NCBI GenBank assembly: GCA_963770895.1
Contig: CAVYRF010000002.1
Span: forward strand, 3,588,555 to 3,652,554
DNA from: an uncultured Acidobacteriota bacterium
Lineage (GTDB): Bacteria > Acidobacteriota > Thermoanaerobaculia > Multivoradales > UBA5704
Direction: 5' to 3'
DNA: 64,000 nucleotides
Positions within the stretch are counted from its first letter, which is position 1, and the number at the start of each line of letters is the position of its first letter. A program made the translations under genes and the position numbers. Under the pieces are notes generated by a model. That model was not told where the DNA came from. It did not search any database and worked only from the letters and a program-made list of their open reading frames with translations. Positions 53,378 to 63,232 of this stretch are shown in pieces.

Positions 53378-55852
53378 ATGCTGCCGCTGCTCTCAGCTAC
53401 CGCCTTCTTTGCCGCATCCCTGGCGGCGAAGACACCACAGATGTCCGGTATCAGCGCCGTGCACCCCTCCACCCGCCGGCCGGCGGCGGTGGAGGCGGAA
53501 GACCTGCGGCGCGCCGATCAACCGGCCGAAGCACAGGCCTTCTTTCTGCAAAAGCGGGTGGGCGCCGGCGAGAAGGCGCTGCCGTACGAGCGCTACCTGG
53601 CGGCGCGATCGCAGATGGCGCTGATGCGCCAGTACTCGAGCAGCACCAGGAGCTTTCTGCCGTCGCGCGCCTCGCTCGCTGGGACGGCGGCGGCGGCCGC
53701 GACGACGGGATGGACGGCGCTCGGGCCCGGCAACATCGGCGGCCGCACGCTGTCGCTGGTGTTCGAGCCGGACAACGCCAACATTCTGTATGCCGGCACC
53801 GCGGACGGCGGCATCTGGAAGACGACCAACGGCGGCGCCGCCTGGGCGCCGCTCGGCGACATGCTGCCCAGCCTGGCGGTCAGCTCGTTGATCATGGACC
53901 CCGTCAATTTCGACGTGCTGTATGCCGGTACCGGCGAAGGGGCCTACAACGGCGACTCGGTGCAGGGCGCCGGGGTGTTCCAGACGGTGGACGCCGGCCA
54001 GCATTGGACGCAGATGCCCGGCACCAATACGCCGGACTTCTACTATGTCAACAAGCTGGTGCTCAGCCCGGCGAGCGGCCGTCTGTACGCCGCCACGCGC
54101 ACCGGCGTGTGGCGCTACAACGCCGCCGCCGGGGCATGGGCGCAGCTGCTGGCGCCGGGGACCTTCCTGGGCTGCTTCGACCTGGCGCTGCGCATCGACA
54201 GCTCCGGCAACGAAGTGATGTTTGCCGCCTGCGGCAGCTTCCTGCAAGGGGCGATCTACCGCAATACGCAGGCGCAGGTCGCCGGCTCTCCATGGAACGT
54301 GGTGTTCACCAACCCCGCCATGGGGCGCACCAGCCTGGCGATCGCGCCATCCAATCCCGACACCATCTACGCCATGGTGACCAGCAATGCCAACGGCCCG
54401 CACCAGGGCTACAACGAAGGCCTGCTGGGCGTCTTCCGCTCGACCCAGGGCGGCGCCGCCGGCACCTGGCAGGCGCGCCTGGTCAACACCAGCCACGACC
54501 TTACCAGCACCTTGCTGCTGAGCAACCCGGTGTACGCGGTCCTGGCGCTGTGCAATTTCGGCCCTTTCAACGCTTACTACAACCAGGGTTGGTACGACAC
54601 GGTGATTGCCGTCGATCCCACCAACGCGGACCGCGTCTGGGCCGGCGGCATCGACCTGTTCCGCTCCGACGACGGCGGCCAGACGTTTGGCGCCGCGTCC
54701 TATTGGTGGGTGCAGCCCGACCCCCCTTACAACCATGCGGACCAGCACGCGCTTGCGTTCCCGCCGGGCTATGACGGCGCCGCCAACCAGCAGCTGTTCA
54801 GCGGCAACGACGGCGGCGTCTTCGTCACCCGCAACTCGCTGGCGCAGACCGCGCTGCACGACCCGTACGAGCTGTGCAACGACAAGTACAGCCAGGTGGT
54901 GTTCGAAAACATCAACAACGGCTTCTCCGCCACGCAGTTCTACGACGGCGCCGTGTATCCCGACGGCAGCACCTACTTTGGCGGCACGCAGGACAACGGC
55001 ACCGTCGGCGGCGACGACCAGACCGGGCCCAACCAGTGGAATACGCTGCTGGGCGGCGACGGCGGCTTCGTGGCGGTAAATCCCGCCAACACCAGCGTCC
55101 TCTACGCCACCAACACCGGTCTTTCGCTGCAAAAATCGATCGATGGCGGGCAGCTGTTCGTCAACGCCATCGGCGGCATCGCGGACAACAACTTCCTGTT
55201 CATCGCGCCGTTCATCCTGGACGCGACCAACCCGCAACGGTTGTGGACCGGCGGCTCCTACCTATGGCGTACCAACAACGGCGCCGCCAACTGGTCGCGC
55301 GCCAGCACTCGCGTGGCCGGTTCGCTGGGCGCGGCGATCAGCGCCATCGCCAGCTCGCCGGTGGATGCCAACCACGTCCTGATGGCAACCACCGAAGGCA
55401 ACATTCAGCGCAACAGCGCGGCGCTCGCGGCCGCTCCCACGACGGTCTGGCCCCGCGCCAAGCCGCGCAGCGGCTACGTCTCGTGGCTGACGTTCGATCC
55501 CGCCGACGCCAACACCGCCTATGCCACCTACTCCACCTTCGGCGGCACTCACGTCTTCAAGACCATCGACGGCGGCGCCACCTGGAGCGGCATCGACGGC
55601 ACCGGCACCGGCGCCCTCCCTGACATGCCCGTCAACACCATCGCCGTCGACCCGGCAACGTCCAACCTCTACGTCGGCACCGACATGGGCGTCTTCGTGT
55701 CCCTCGACGGCGGCCAGAGCTGGGCGCTGGAGCTGACCGGCTTCCCCAATTCCGTCACCGACGCCCTGGTCATGCACGTCGATCCCACCGGCGGCCGCTC
55801 CGTCTTCGCCTTCACCCACGGCCGCGGCGTCTGGCGCGTCGATCTCCAGTAA
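53378..55852 (+). CDS. Secreted BNR/Asp-box repeat beta-propeller protein (sortilin-Vps10 / GH74-like)
   Basis: ATG at 53378 with an AAAGGAGG RBS and signal peptide. Multiple Asp-box motifs ('TTNGGAAW', 'VDAGQHW', 'SDDGGQTF', 'TIDGGATW', 'SLDGGQSW'). Confidence 0.7.
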   Translation: MLPLLSATAFFAASLAAKTPQMSGISAVHPSTRRPAAVEAEDLRRADQPAEAQAFFLQKRVGAGEKALPYERYLAARSQMALMRQYSSSTRSFLPSRASLAGTAAAAATTGWTALGPGNIGGRTLSLVFEPDNANILYAGTADGGIWKTTNGGAAWAPLGDMLPSLAVSSLIMDPVNFDVLYAGTGEGAYNGDSVQGAGVFQTVDAGQHWTQMPGTNTPDFYYVNKLVLSPASGRLYAATRTGVWRYNAAAGAWAQLLAPGTFLGCFDLALRIDSSGNEVMFAACGSFLQGAIYRNTQAQVAGSPWNVVFTNPAMGRTSLAIAPSNPDTIYAMVTSNANGPHQGYNEGLLGVFRSTQGGAAGTWQARLVNTSHDLTSTLLLSNPVYAVLALCNFGPFNAYYNQGWYDTVIAVDPTNADRVWAGGIDLFRSDDGGQTFGAASYWWVQPDPPYNHADQHALAFPPGYDGAANQQLFSGNDGGVFVTRNSLAQTALHDPYELCNDKYSQVVFENINNGFSATQFYDGAVYPDGSTYFGGTQDNGTVGGDDQTGPNQWNTLLGGDGGFVAVNPANTSVLYATNTGLSLQKSIDGGQLFVNAIGGIADNNFLFIAPFILDATNPQRLWTGGSYLWRTNNGAANWSRASTRVAGSLGAAISAIASSPVDANHVLMATTEGNIQRNSAALAAAPTTVWPRAKPRSGYVSWLTFDPADANTAYATYSTFGGTHVFKTIDGGATWSGIDGTGTGALPDMPVNTIAVDPATSNLYVGTDMGVFVSLDGGQSWALELTGFPNSVTDALVMHVDPTGGRSVFAFTHGRGVWRVDLQ

Positions 55853-56028
55853 CCGCGCCACCATCGCTCCCCGCCCCCCGCCATTCCCGCCCGCGAGCAC
55901 GCGCTCCGGGCGGGGGCGGCCCCTGGCGCCGCGGGTCACGCCTGGTGGCCGCGGGCGGCTTCCGGCGTATGCTGCGCGTGGCCGCCGGCTGTGCGGCGCG
56001 CCGATTCGGGGAATCTCCTGCTGCCATG

Positions 56029-56844
56029 TCCATCTACGCGATCGGCGACGTGCACGGTTGCTTCGAAACGCTGCAGGCGCTCCTGGCGCGCATCGGCTAC
56101 GCCCCCGGCACCGACAGGCTGTGGATGGTCGGCGACCTGGTGAACCGGGGACCGCGGTCGCTGGACGTGCTGCGGTGGGCGAGCGGCATGGGCGATGGGC
56201 TGGTGGCGGTGCTCGGCAATCACGATCTCTACCTGCTGGCGCGCGCGGCCGGCGTCGTCGAGCGCAAGCGCCGCGACACGCTCGACGCGGTGCTGGCGGC
56301 GCCGGACCGCGACGACCTGCTGGCGTGGCTGAGGCAGCGGCCCCTGCTGCACCGCGAAGATGGGCACGTGCTGGTGCATGCGGGCCTGTTTCCCGCCTGG
56401 ACCGCGGCGCGGGCGGAGGAGCTGGCGGGCGAGGCCGCGACGCGCCTGCGCGGGCGCGGCGGCGACCGCCTGCTGCGCCAGGCGCTCGCCAAGCGAGTCG
56501 AGCGCTGGCGGGAGAGCGCCGGCGCCGGCGCCCGCGCCCGCATCGCGCTCGCCGGTCTGGCGCGCATGCGGGCGCTGGCCGCGGACGGCAGCCTGTGCGC
56601 CGACTTCAGCGGCGCGCTCGACGAGATGCCCGCGGGCTGCAAGCCCTGGTTCGAAGTCGCGGAGCGGCGCAGCGCCGGCGAGCGCATCGTCTTCGGCCAT
56701 TGGGCGGCGCTGGGGCTCCACATGGTGCCCGGCATCGCCGCGATCGATACCGGATGCGTCTGGGGCCAGCGCCTGACCGCCCTGCGCCTGGACGACGGGG
56801 CGGTCTTCCACGAGCCGGCGCGAGAGCGCCCCGGACAGGTTTGA
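56029..56844 (+). CDS. apaH: Bis(5'-nucleosyl)-tetraphosphatase, symmetrical (ApaH)
   Basis: 'MSIYAIGDVHGCFETLQALLARIGYAPGTDRLWMVGDLVNRGPRSLDVL...LGNHD' is the calcineurin-like phosphoesterase motif set typical of ApaH. Confidence 0.8.
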   Translation, partial: SIYAIGDVHGCFETLQALLARIGYAPGTDRLWMVGDLVNRGPRSLDVLRWASGMGDGLVAVLGNHDLYLLARAAGVVERKRRDTLDAVLAAPDRDDLLAWLRQRPLLHREDGHVLVHAGLFPAWTAARAEELAGEAATRLRGRGGDRLLRQALAKRVERWRESAGAGARARIALAGLARMRALAADGSLCADFSGALDEMPAGCKPWFEVAERRSAGERIVFGHWAALGLHMVPGIAAIDTGCVWGQRLTALRLDDGAVFHEPARERPGQV

Positions 56845-56866
56845 ACGGCCGCGAGCCTCTCAGCTG

Positions 56867-58687
56867 GTGTGCCTCATGACCGCGGAAACCGGGTCGGGCG
56901 CGGCGACACGGCGCGCACCGCGGTCGTGGGCCAGGCTTGCCGGCTGGCTCGGCTGGGTGTCGCTCGCCGGGCTGGCCGTCTGGCGCTATGCCGGCCGGGC
57001 AGCGGACGACATCTACATCACCTATCGCTACGCCTACAACCTGGCGGCCGGCCGCGGGCTTGTCTTCAATCCGGGCGAGCGCGTGTTCGGCGTCAGCGAC
57101 CCGGGAGTCGCGGTGGTGCTGGCAGCGCTCCATCGCGCGACCGGCGTGGCGATCCCCACGCTGGGAACCGCGGTCACCGCCGTCGCGCTGCTCGCGATCG
57201 CCGGCACGCTCCTGGCCGCGGCGCGCCGCGCCGGCCGCGAGGCGGAGGCCTGGGCGGGCGGCACGCTGCTGCTTTCGTCGGCCTACGTCTGGCTGGGCCA
57301 GGGAGCCGGGCCGCTGCCGGCGCTCGCCCTGCTCCTGGGCGCCGCGCTCTGGGCCGGCGGCGGCCGGGCGCCCGCGGCCGGAGCCTTGGCCGGGGTTGCC
57401 TTCTGCTGCCGGCCCGACGCGGCGCTCGGGGCCGGCTGTCTCACGGTTTTGATTGCCGTCGAGGGGCTGCGGCGGGTGCGCTCGGCGGGGGCCGGCGGCG
57501 GGGAGCCGGCTGCGGGAGCGGGAGCGAGCGCGCAAGTGGCGAAGGACTGGCCGGTGGCGAAGCATGGGGCGGTTGCGGATGCCGACCTGGCGGCGGTGGG
57601 CAGCGGCGCGGCGGTGGGCAGCGGTCCGGCGGCGCGTAGCGGTCTGGAGGTGCGCAGCGAACCGGCGGCGCGCCGGGAGCTGGCGCTCGCGCTGCTGCCG
57701 GCGTTCACCTGCGCCGCTGCGTTCGCCGCGGTGGCCGCGGTGGCGCTGATCGCCGCCTGGGGCTACTTCGGCCACGCGCTTCCCGAGACGCTCTGGGTCA
57801 AGCGGCAGTTCGCGGCGCTCAAGCCGCGGGATTTTGTCGGCCGCGCCTTCTGGCAGCCGGCGGCGGGCCTGTTCGCGTCGCTCGCCGGGCCTGGCGGCGT
57901 GGCGCTGCTGGCGCTGGGCGTTGCAGGCCAGCCGGTCCTGTTCCGACACGGCGGCTGGCCCGGACGGCTGCTGGTCCTCGATTCGCTGGTGACGGCCGCT
58001 TTCTATACCGCCGCCCGAGTGCCGTACTTTCTTTGGTACACGCTGGTTTCGGCGGTGGCAGTGCTGGTCGGCGCCTGCCTGCTCGGCGGCGAGCTGGCGC
58101 GGCGCGGGATAGCGGGGGGGGCAGACGGGGAGGCGCCGGGGCGGCGCGGGCGCGGGCGCACGGCCGGCCGAGTTCTGCTTGTCGGTGTCTCCGGCCTGGT
58201 CGGGCTGGTAGCCGCCAGCTGCCTGGCCGCGGGCGTGCGTTGGTGGAGCGCCGGCGGCAACCAGGACTGGCGTCTCACCGCCTATCGCAGTGCCGGAGAG
58301 TGGATCCGGGGCCACACGCCAGCCGGCGCGGGCCTTGTCCTCGACGAGGTCGGCCTCATCAGCTACTACAGCGACCGGCCGGTGCTCGACCTCATCGGCC
58401 TGGTGTCGCGAAGCTCGCGCCCCTATGCCGCGGTGGGCGACCCGCTCGGCGCGTTCCTAGCGGCGCCCACGGAGCTGGTCGTCTTCCACACCTACAACCC
58501 GCGCGGCGGCACGCGGCCCATCCACGACCGTCCCTGGTTCGCCACCGCCTTCGCGCCCGCCGCGGTGCTGGCCGATCGCGAGGCGGGCGCGGAGATGATC
58601 GTCTACCGACGCCGGCCGGGCTCAGCCATACCGCCCTCGCGGCCGCCCCTGCGGCGAAGCACGCCGGCTGATGCGAGCGCGCCGTGA
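56867..58687 (+). CDS. Polytopic membrane protein, GT-C-like (arabinofuranosyl/mannosyl-transferase-like N-terminus), hypothetical
   Basis: N-terminal 'DDIYITYRYAYNLAAGRGLVFNPGERVFGVSDP' after TM1, then about 10 further TM helices and a C-terminal soluble domain. An alternative start at 56876 is possible. Confidence 0.45.
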   Translation: MCLMTAETGSGAATRRAPRSWARLAGWLGWVSLAGLAVWRYAGRAADDIYITYRYAYNLAAGRGLVFNPGERVFGVSDPGVAVVLAALHRATGVAIPTLGTAVTAVALLAIAGTLLAAARRAGREAEAWAGGTLLLSSAYVWLGQGAGPLPALALLLGAALWAGGGRAPAAGALAGVAFCCRPDAALGAGCLTVLIAVEGLRRVRSAGAGGGEPAAGAGASAQVAKDWPVAKHGAVADADLAAVGSGAAVGSGPAARSGLEVRSEPAARRELALALLPAFTCAAAFAAVAAVALIAAWGYFGHALPETLWVKRQFAALKPRDFVGRAFWQPAAGLFASLAGPGGVALLALGVAGQPVLFRHGGWPGRLLVLDSLVTAAFYTAARVPYFLWYTLVSAVAVLVGACLLGGELARRGIAGGADGEAPGRRGRGRTAGRVLLVGVSGLVGLVAASCLAAGVRWWSAGGNQDWRLTAYRSAGEWIRGHTPAGAGLVLDEVGLISYYSDRPVLDLIGLVSRSSRPYAAVGDPLGAFLAAPTELVVFHTYNPRGGTRPIHDRPWFATAFAPAAVLADREAGAEMIVYRRRPGSAIPPSRPPLRRSTPADASAP

Positions 58688-59166
58688 AGAGTTAGCGCGG
58701 CCCTGGGCGCAAACCGCTCGGGTATTGTGGCAGCGCCGGCACGGTTCTGCCGGGGACATTTGCACCAGCTTGGGGTGGGGAGGATTCGCCGGCGCGGTCT
58801 GGGTTCGCAGGGCCAGCTGCTGCCCGAGCGCGCACCGCGGGCTCAGGGATTGGCGAGTGCGCGGTCGATTGGGCAATGATCCTGATGGGGCAAGTGGATA
58901 GATCTGGCACTATGGGCCGGAGCGAGAAGCGCACGGGGGCCGCGGTGCGCGCGAGGCAAGGGCATCGGAGGAGATCGGCGGGAGCTCTTGGGTCAATGCG
59001 ACAAACCCTTTGAGCATACGCCTCACCTGACGCGCTATGGCGACGTCAGGCGTTGTCGTCGTCGTGCCAGGCCTCGATCCAGGCTCGAGCGTCGGCGACT
59101 GGTGCACCCCGGCTGGCCAAGTCCTTGACAACTGGCCGGATGCCAAATGCCGGGCGCGGCGCCGCC

Positions 59167-62022
59167 TCATCGCAGCGCCAGGAGATTGGCGAACAACCGG
59201 TAGCCGCCGGGCACCCCGGCCGGCAGCTGGCGGAAGAGCGCCAGGCCGGTGTAGACATATTTGCCCTTGCCGACGGCTGCCACCAGCAGGCCGCCGCGCT
59301 GCTCCGGACCGCCCGGGTCGGCCATGGCGAGCAGCGGCGTCCACGCCGGATCCCAGGTGTGAGCGAAATAGAGCCCGCGCTCCTGCACCCAGCCCTGCCA
59401 GTCGGCGGGGCCGATCCTGTTGGGCACGTTGAACGCCGGGCTGGCCGGGTCGAGCAAGGTCACCGCCGCGGTCTCGTCCGTCACCCGGTCGTGCGGCCGG
59501 GCGATCTCCAGCTTGTAGGGGGGGAAGCCGCCGGTGACGTAGGGGTACTGCTGATATTGCACGATCATCAGCCCGCCGCCGCGCACGTAGGCGAGCAGCC
59601 GCGGGTTGGCGCGCGCCATGACCGGCTCGCTCTCGTAGGCGCGGCTGCCGACGACGATGGCGTCGTAGCGGGTGAGGTCGCCGCCGACCAGCTCGGCCGC
59701 GCCGAGCAGCTCGACCGGCACGCCGGCTTGGCGCAGAAACTCGGGCACCCGGTCGGAGGCGCCGCGCACGTAGCCAACGCGGCGCAGCGGCGGCAGCCTG
59801 AGGTCAAAGGCGCTGACCTCGACAGCGGCGTCGTGCGGGTAAGGGGTGGGCTGGATGTGCGAGTAGTCGAGCACCGGCACCGCCAGGGAGAAACGCGAGC
59901 CGTCGTCGAGCACGGCGGCGACAGCCAGCGGGTAGCGTCCCGGCGTCAGGCCGGCCGGCGGACGCAGGGTCAGCGTCAGGGCGATCGGGTCGCCCTCGTC
60001 GTCGCTGGCGGCGGGCAGATCGAAAGGCTGTGGCGGGATCGCCGGCCAGGGCGTGATCGCCGCGGGGGCCCCCGCGGGCGCCGGGATCGCCGGGGTTCCG
60101 GCGGCTGCCGGGGCCGGCGCGGTCATCGTAAGCGTCGGCGGCGCCGGCGTCACCTCCAGGCGGCCGTGCACCGCCACCCGGCGGTGTGAGGTGAGCACCA
60201 GGCGCAGGTTCTTCGGCTCGCGGCGGGCGAGCGGCCAGACCTGCATCGATTCGTCCACCGCCACCTCGACCGCCGGCACGATGCGCAGCGGCCGGCGCAC
60301 CTCGCCCTGCACCTCGTCGCGGTGGATGTGCACGACCTCGCGGGTCAGCGTCAGCGGCACGCCGTCGAGGGTGAAGTCAAAACGGGCGGTGAGCGGTGGC
60401 GGCCCGAACGGCTCGCCGCGCTCGGCCGGACTGGCCTCGCGCCAATCGTAGAGGCTCCCCTGAAGCGGCCGGCGCAGGAAGTAGGCCATGCTCGGCAGCG
60501 CCGCCGCCGGCACCGTGGGCTTGAGCTCCCACTGCGCCAGCGTCCCGGGAGCCACCGGCTGCGGCGCTCCGGCGGGCAGCTCCGGGCTCGATGGCGGCGC
60601 GACGGCGCCGCCCCACCAGTCGGCGGCCGGCACCAGCGTCACCGCGGCGCCGGTCAGGGCTGCCGCGCCGCTGTCCCAAAGGCTGGCGCGCACGGTGAAC
60701 GTCTCGCCCTCCACCAGCGCCTCGCGCTCGGTGGTGGCGTCGAACGCGAGGCCCGCTGCCACCGCCGCGGCGTCCTCGGCCACCTGGAGCTTCTCGGCGA
60801 GCAGCTCGGCGGCGGCCTGCTCGCCGGCGCCGGCAGCGGGGGACGGCCTGGCGGACCTGGTGCCGCCGGAGCCAGGGGAGTCCTTGGCACCCGCGGTGCC
60901 AGCCTTGCCGGCGGCCGGGAACGCCGGCAGCGCCGCCAGCGCGTCGTCGAGGCGGCGCACGATGTCGAGCAGCGCCGGCAGGGCCTGCTGCGGGCGGGCC
61001 GGATTGAGGTGCTCGCGGGCGGCGGTGGCGAGCGCCTCCACCTGGTCCAGGTCTCCCTCCACCCGGCGGCGCACGGCGGGGTCGGCGATGGTGGCCGCGA
61101 TGGCGCGCGGCCGGGTGTCGATGCCGGCAAAGAGATCCTTGGCGGCGACTCCGGCTCCCCCGGTCACCCAGGCGACGCGTGTCTCCTGCGGGCCGAGCGG
61201 CTGCAGCAGCCCCATCTCCTGCGATCGGTGCATGCTGCGGCTGGCCATGGCGAGTTGGAACACCGACTTGCCGCTCCACGGGTCGATGGCGTTGAGCGGC
61301 AGCGTCATGGTGGTGGAAGGGCGATCGAAGAACGTCGAGCGGTAGAGCGCCTGGGGCGTCCACGGCGCCAGCCCCTCGGCGGCCAGGCCAGGCAGCGCCG
61401 CCGGATCGCCGGACGCCGGGACGGCGGCGAAGGCGGTGACTCCCGCCGCCTGGTGCTGCCCGTGGGTCTTGATCGGCACGTTGGGGAAGATCGACACCAC
61501 GACCTGCGGCTTGAAGCGCCGGATCACCCGCACCGCGTCCTCGAGCAGCACCTGCTTGGGCCACTGCCCCAGCGTCTCCTCGAGCGACATGGTGAAGCCG
61601 AAATCGTAGGCGCGGGTGAAGTACTGCCGCCCGCCGTCGACGGCGCGCGCCGCCAGCAGCTCGCGGCTGCGGATCAGGCCGAGGCCGATGCCGAGCTCGG
61701 AGCCGATGAGGTTCTGGCCGCCCTCGCCGCGGCTGAGCGACAGGTAGGCCGCCTCGCCGCCCAGGGCGCGCGAGACCAGGGTGAGCAGCGACGTGTCCTC
61801 GTCGTCCGGATGAGCGGCGATGATCAGCAGCCGCCTGTGGACGCAGAGCTTGGCCAGGGCGCGGTCGAGCGTCGCGCTGCCGCCGGTGACGGCCGGCTGA
61901 AGCGGCAGCGGCGCCAGGTTGACGCCGGTGGCCGCCAGCCGGCCGGCCGGCGGCAGCACCAGCAACGCCGCGACGACGGCCCCGGCGGCACCCAGCAAAG
62001 CGAGCTTCGGCCTCACTCTCAT
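59167..62022 (-). CDS. PIG-L/LmbE-family deacetylase fused to a C-terminal ThuA-like (class I glutamine-amidotransferase-like) domain; secreted/periplasmic
   Basis: LmbE motifs 'LLIIAAHPDDEDTSL' and 'HRSQ'. The C-terminal 200 aa, 'YDAIVVGSRAYESEP...GGGLMIVQYQQYPY...', are ThuA-like. 951 aa. N-terminal signal peptide. Confidence 0.7.
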   Translation of the reverse strand: MRVRPKLALLGAAGAVVAALLVLPPAGRLAATGVNLAPLPLQPAVTGGSATLDRALAKLCVHRRLLIIAAHPDDEDTSLLTLVSRALGGEAAYLSLSRGEGGQNLIGSELGIGLGLIRSRELLAARAVDGGRQYFTRAYDFGFTMSLEETLGQWPKQVLLEDAVRVIRRFKPQVVVSIFPNVPIKTHGQHQAAGVTAFAAVPASGDPAALPGLAAEGLAPWTPQALYRSTFFDRPSTTMTLPLNAIDPWSGKSVFQLAMASRSMHRSQEMGLLQPLGPQETRVAWVTGGAGVAAKDLFAGIDTRPRAIAATIADPAVRRRVEGDLDQVEALATAAREHLNPARPQQALPALLDIVRRLDDALAALPAFPAAGKAGTAGAKDSPGSGGTRSARPSPAAGAGEQAAAELLAEKLQVAEDAAAVAAGLAFDATTEREALVEGETFTVRASLWDSGAAALTGAAVTLVPAADWWGGAVAPPSSPELPAGAPQPVAPGTLAQWELKPTVPAAALPSMAYFLRRPLQGSLYDWREASPAERGEPFGPPPLTARFDFTLDGVPLTLTREVVHIHRDEVQGEVRRPLRIVPAVEVAVDESMQVWPLARREPKNLRLVLTSHRRVAVHGRLEVTPAPPTLTMTAPAPAAAGTPAIPAPAGAPAAITPWPAIPPQPFDLPAASDDEGDPIALTLTLRPPAGLTPGRYPLAVAAVLDDGSRFSLAVPVLDYSHIQPTPYPHDAAVEVSAFDLRLPPLRRVGYVRGASDRVPEFLRQAGVPVELLGAAELVGGDLTRYDAIVVGSRAYESEPVMARANPRLLAYVRGGGLMIVQYQQYPYVTGGFPPYKLEIARPHDRVTDETAAVTLLDPASPAFNVPNRIGPADWQGWVQERGLYFAHTWDPAWTPLLAMADPGGPEQRGGLLVAAVGKGKYVYTGLALFRQLPAGVPGGYRLFANLLALR

Positions 62023-62305
62023 ATCGACGGCTCCCCCTGGTTTTCGGGCCGGCTGCGCCGGCCGGTACAGGCGCGTACTCTAACCCGGTGGTGACACGGT
62101 TTACTCCCTTTCCTTCGGCGGCGGCGCTGCTGCGCGGTTTCTATCGCCGCCGCCCCAATCGCCGCCTGGGCGAGGCCGGTGGCGGGCCTGCTCATCACCG
62201 GCCCTGGCGGCATGCGAGTGAACCGGTCGGGGTGCGCTGCGCGTAGACTGATGCGACTGCGGAGAGCGAGCCCGCTTGGCCCGCCTAGGAAGGAGTGCAG
62301 CCTTC

Positions 62306-63232
62306 ATGATCGCCAACGAGATGACCGGTCCGCCGTGGATCGCCAGCGAGACGGAGGTTCCATCCGTGGCCGCCGGCGGCGCGGGCGCTCCGCGCGCCAA
62401 GGCCGCCGATACGGACGTCCCGTCCGCGACTGCCGGGGGCTCGGACGCCGGGGGGCCAGACGTCCCGTCGGCGCCTGCCGGCGGCGCGGAGCCTGCCGCG
62501 GCGGTCACTGGCGCCCCGGACGCTGTGCCGGTGGTCGCGGCGGTGCGAGAGGTGGCGCCGGTGGGCAGGCGGCCGCTGGTGCATCGGCATCATTGGGTGG
62601 TGCGGCTGACGCACTGGTCCAATGCGGTGCTGCTGCTGGGGATGATCGCGAGCGGGCTGCAGATTTATGGCTCGTATGTGCACTTCGGGATGCGCGGCGG
62701 CCCCTACCTGCCCAATCCTTGGGACGGCAAGCCATTTCCGGCTTGGGCGACGCTGGGCGGGTGGCTGGCCGGGGGCCTCAGCTGGCATTTCTTTCTGGCC
62801 TGGCCGTTTGTGCTCACCGGGGTGACCTACCTGGGGTTTCTAGTCCTGTCCGGCGAATGGCGGGCGCTGCTGTTCCGGCCCAGCGACGTGCCGCGGGCGG
62901 TGGCCATGCAGCTGTACTACCTGCATCTCAAAAAAGACCATCCGCCGCAGGGCAAACATAACGCGCTGCAGAAGGCGGCTTACAACTTCATCATCCTGCT
63001 GGGCGCGATTTCGGTGCTGTCGGGGTTTGCGATCTACAAGACGGTTCAGCTGTCGTGGCTGACGCGGCTCTTCGGCGGTTATCAGATGGCCCGCTATTGG
63101 CACTTCTGGGCGGTGTTCCTGTTCCTGGGTTTCATTGTGGTGCACGTCGCGCTGGTGCTGCTGGTGGATCCCGCTTCGCTGCGCGCCATGATCACGGGTT
63201 GGTACCGTGGGAGGTTCCCCAGCCATGACTGA
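62306..63232 (+). CDS. Membrane b-type cytochrome (Ni/Fe-hydrogenase b-type / cytochrome b561-like) with a repeat-containing N-terminal extension
   Basis: ATG at 62306 with an AGGAAGGAG RBS. The core begins 'RRPLVHRHHWVVRLTHWSNAVLLLGMIASGLQIYG' and has conserved His in TM helices. Four TM helices. The stop overlaps the downstream start (ATGACTGA). Confidence 0.6.
   Translation: MIANEMTGPPWIASETEVPSVAAGGAGAPRAKAADTDVPSATAGGSDAGGPDVPSAPAGGAEPAAAVTGAPDAVPVVAAVREVAPVGRRPLVHRHHWVVRLTHWSNAVLLLGMIASGLQIYGSYVHFGMRGGPYLPNPWDGKPFPAWATLGGWLAGGLSWHFFLAWPFVLTGVTYLGFLVLSGEWRALLFRPSDVPRAVAMQLYYLHLKKDHPPQGKHNALQKAAYNFIILLGAISVLSGFAIYKTVQLSWLTRLFGGYQMARYWHFWAVFLFLGFIVVHVALVLLVDPASLRAMITGWYRGRFPSHD

Noticed and set aside
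59046-59258. 70-aa minus ORF ending '...ARAWIEAWHDDDNA'
   Set aside because: It overlaps the 3' end of the LmbE-ThuA gene in another frame. Only about 40 codons are unique. There is no RBS.
62022-62305. Possible Moco riboswitch upstream of the cytochrome b / Mo-oxidoreductase pair
   Set aside because: Considered because Moco riboswitches precede some Mo-enzyme operons. I cannot recognise the conserved Moco RNA motif helices by eye. A covariance-model scan (Rfam Moco_RNA_motif) would be required. Not supported.
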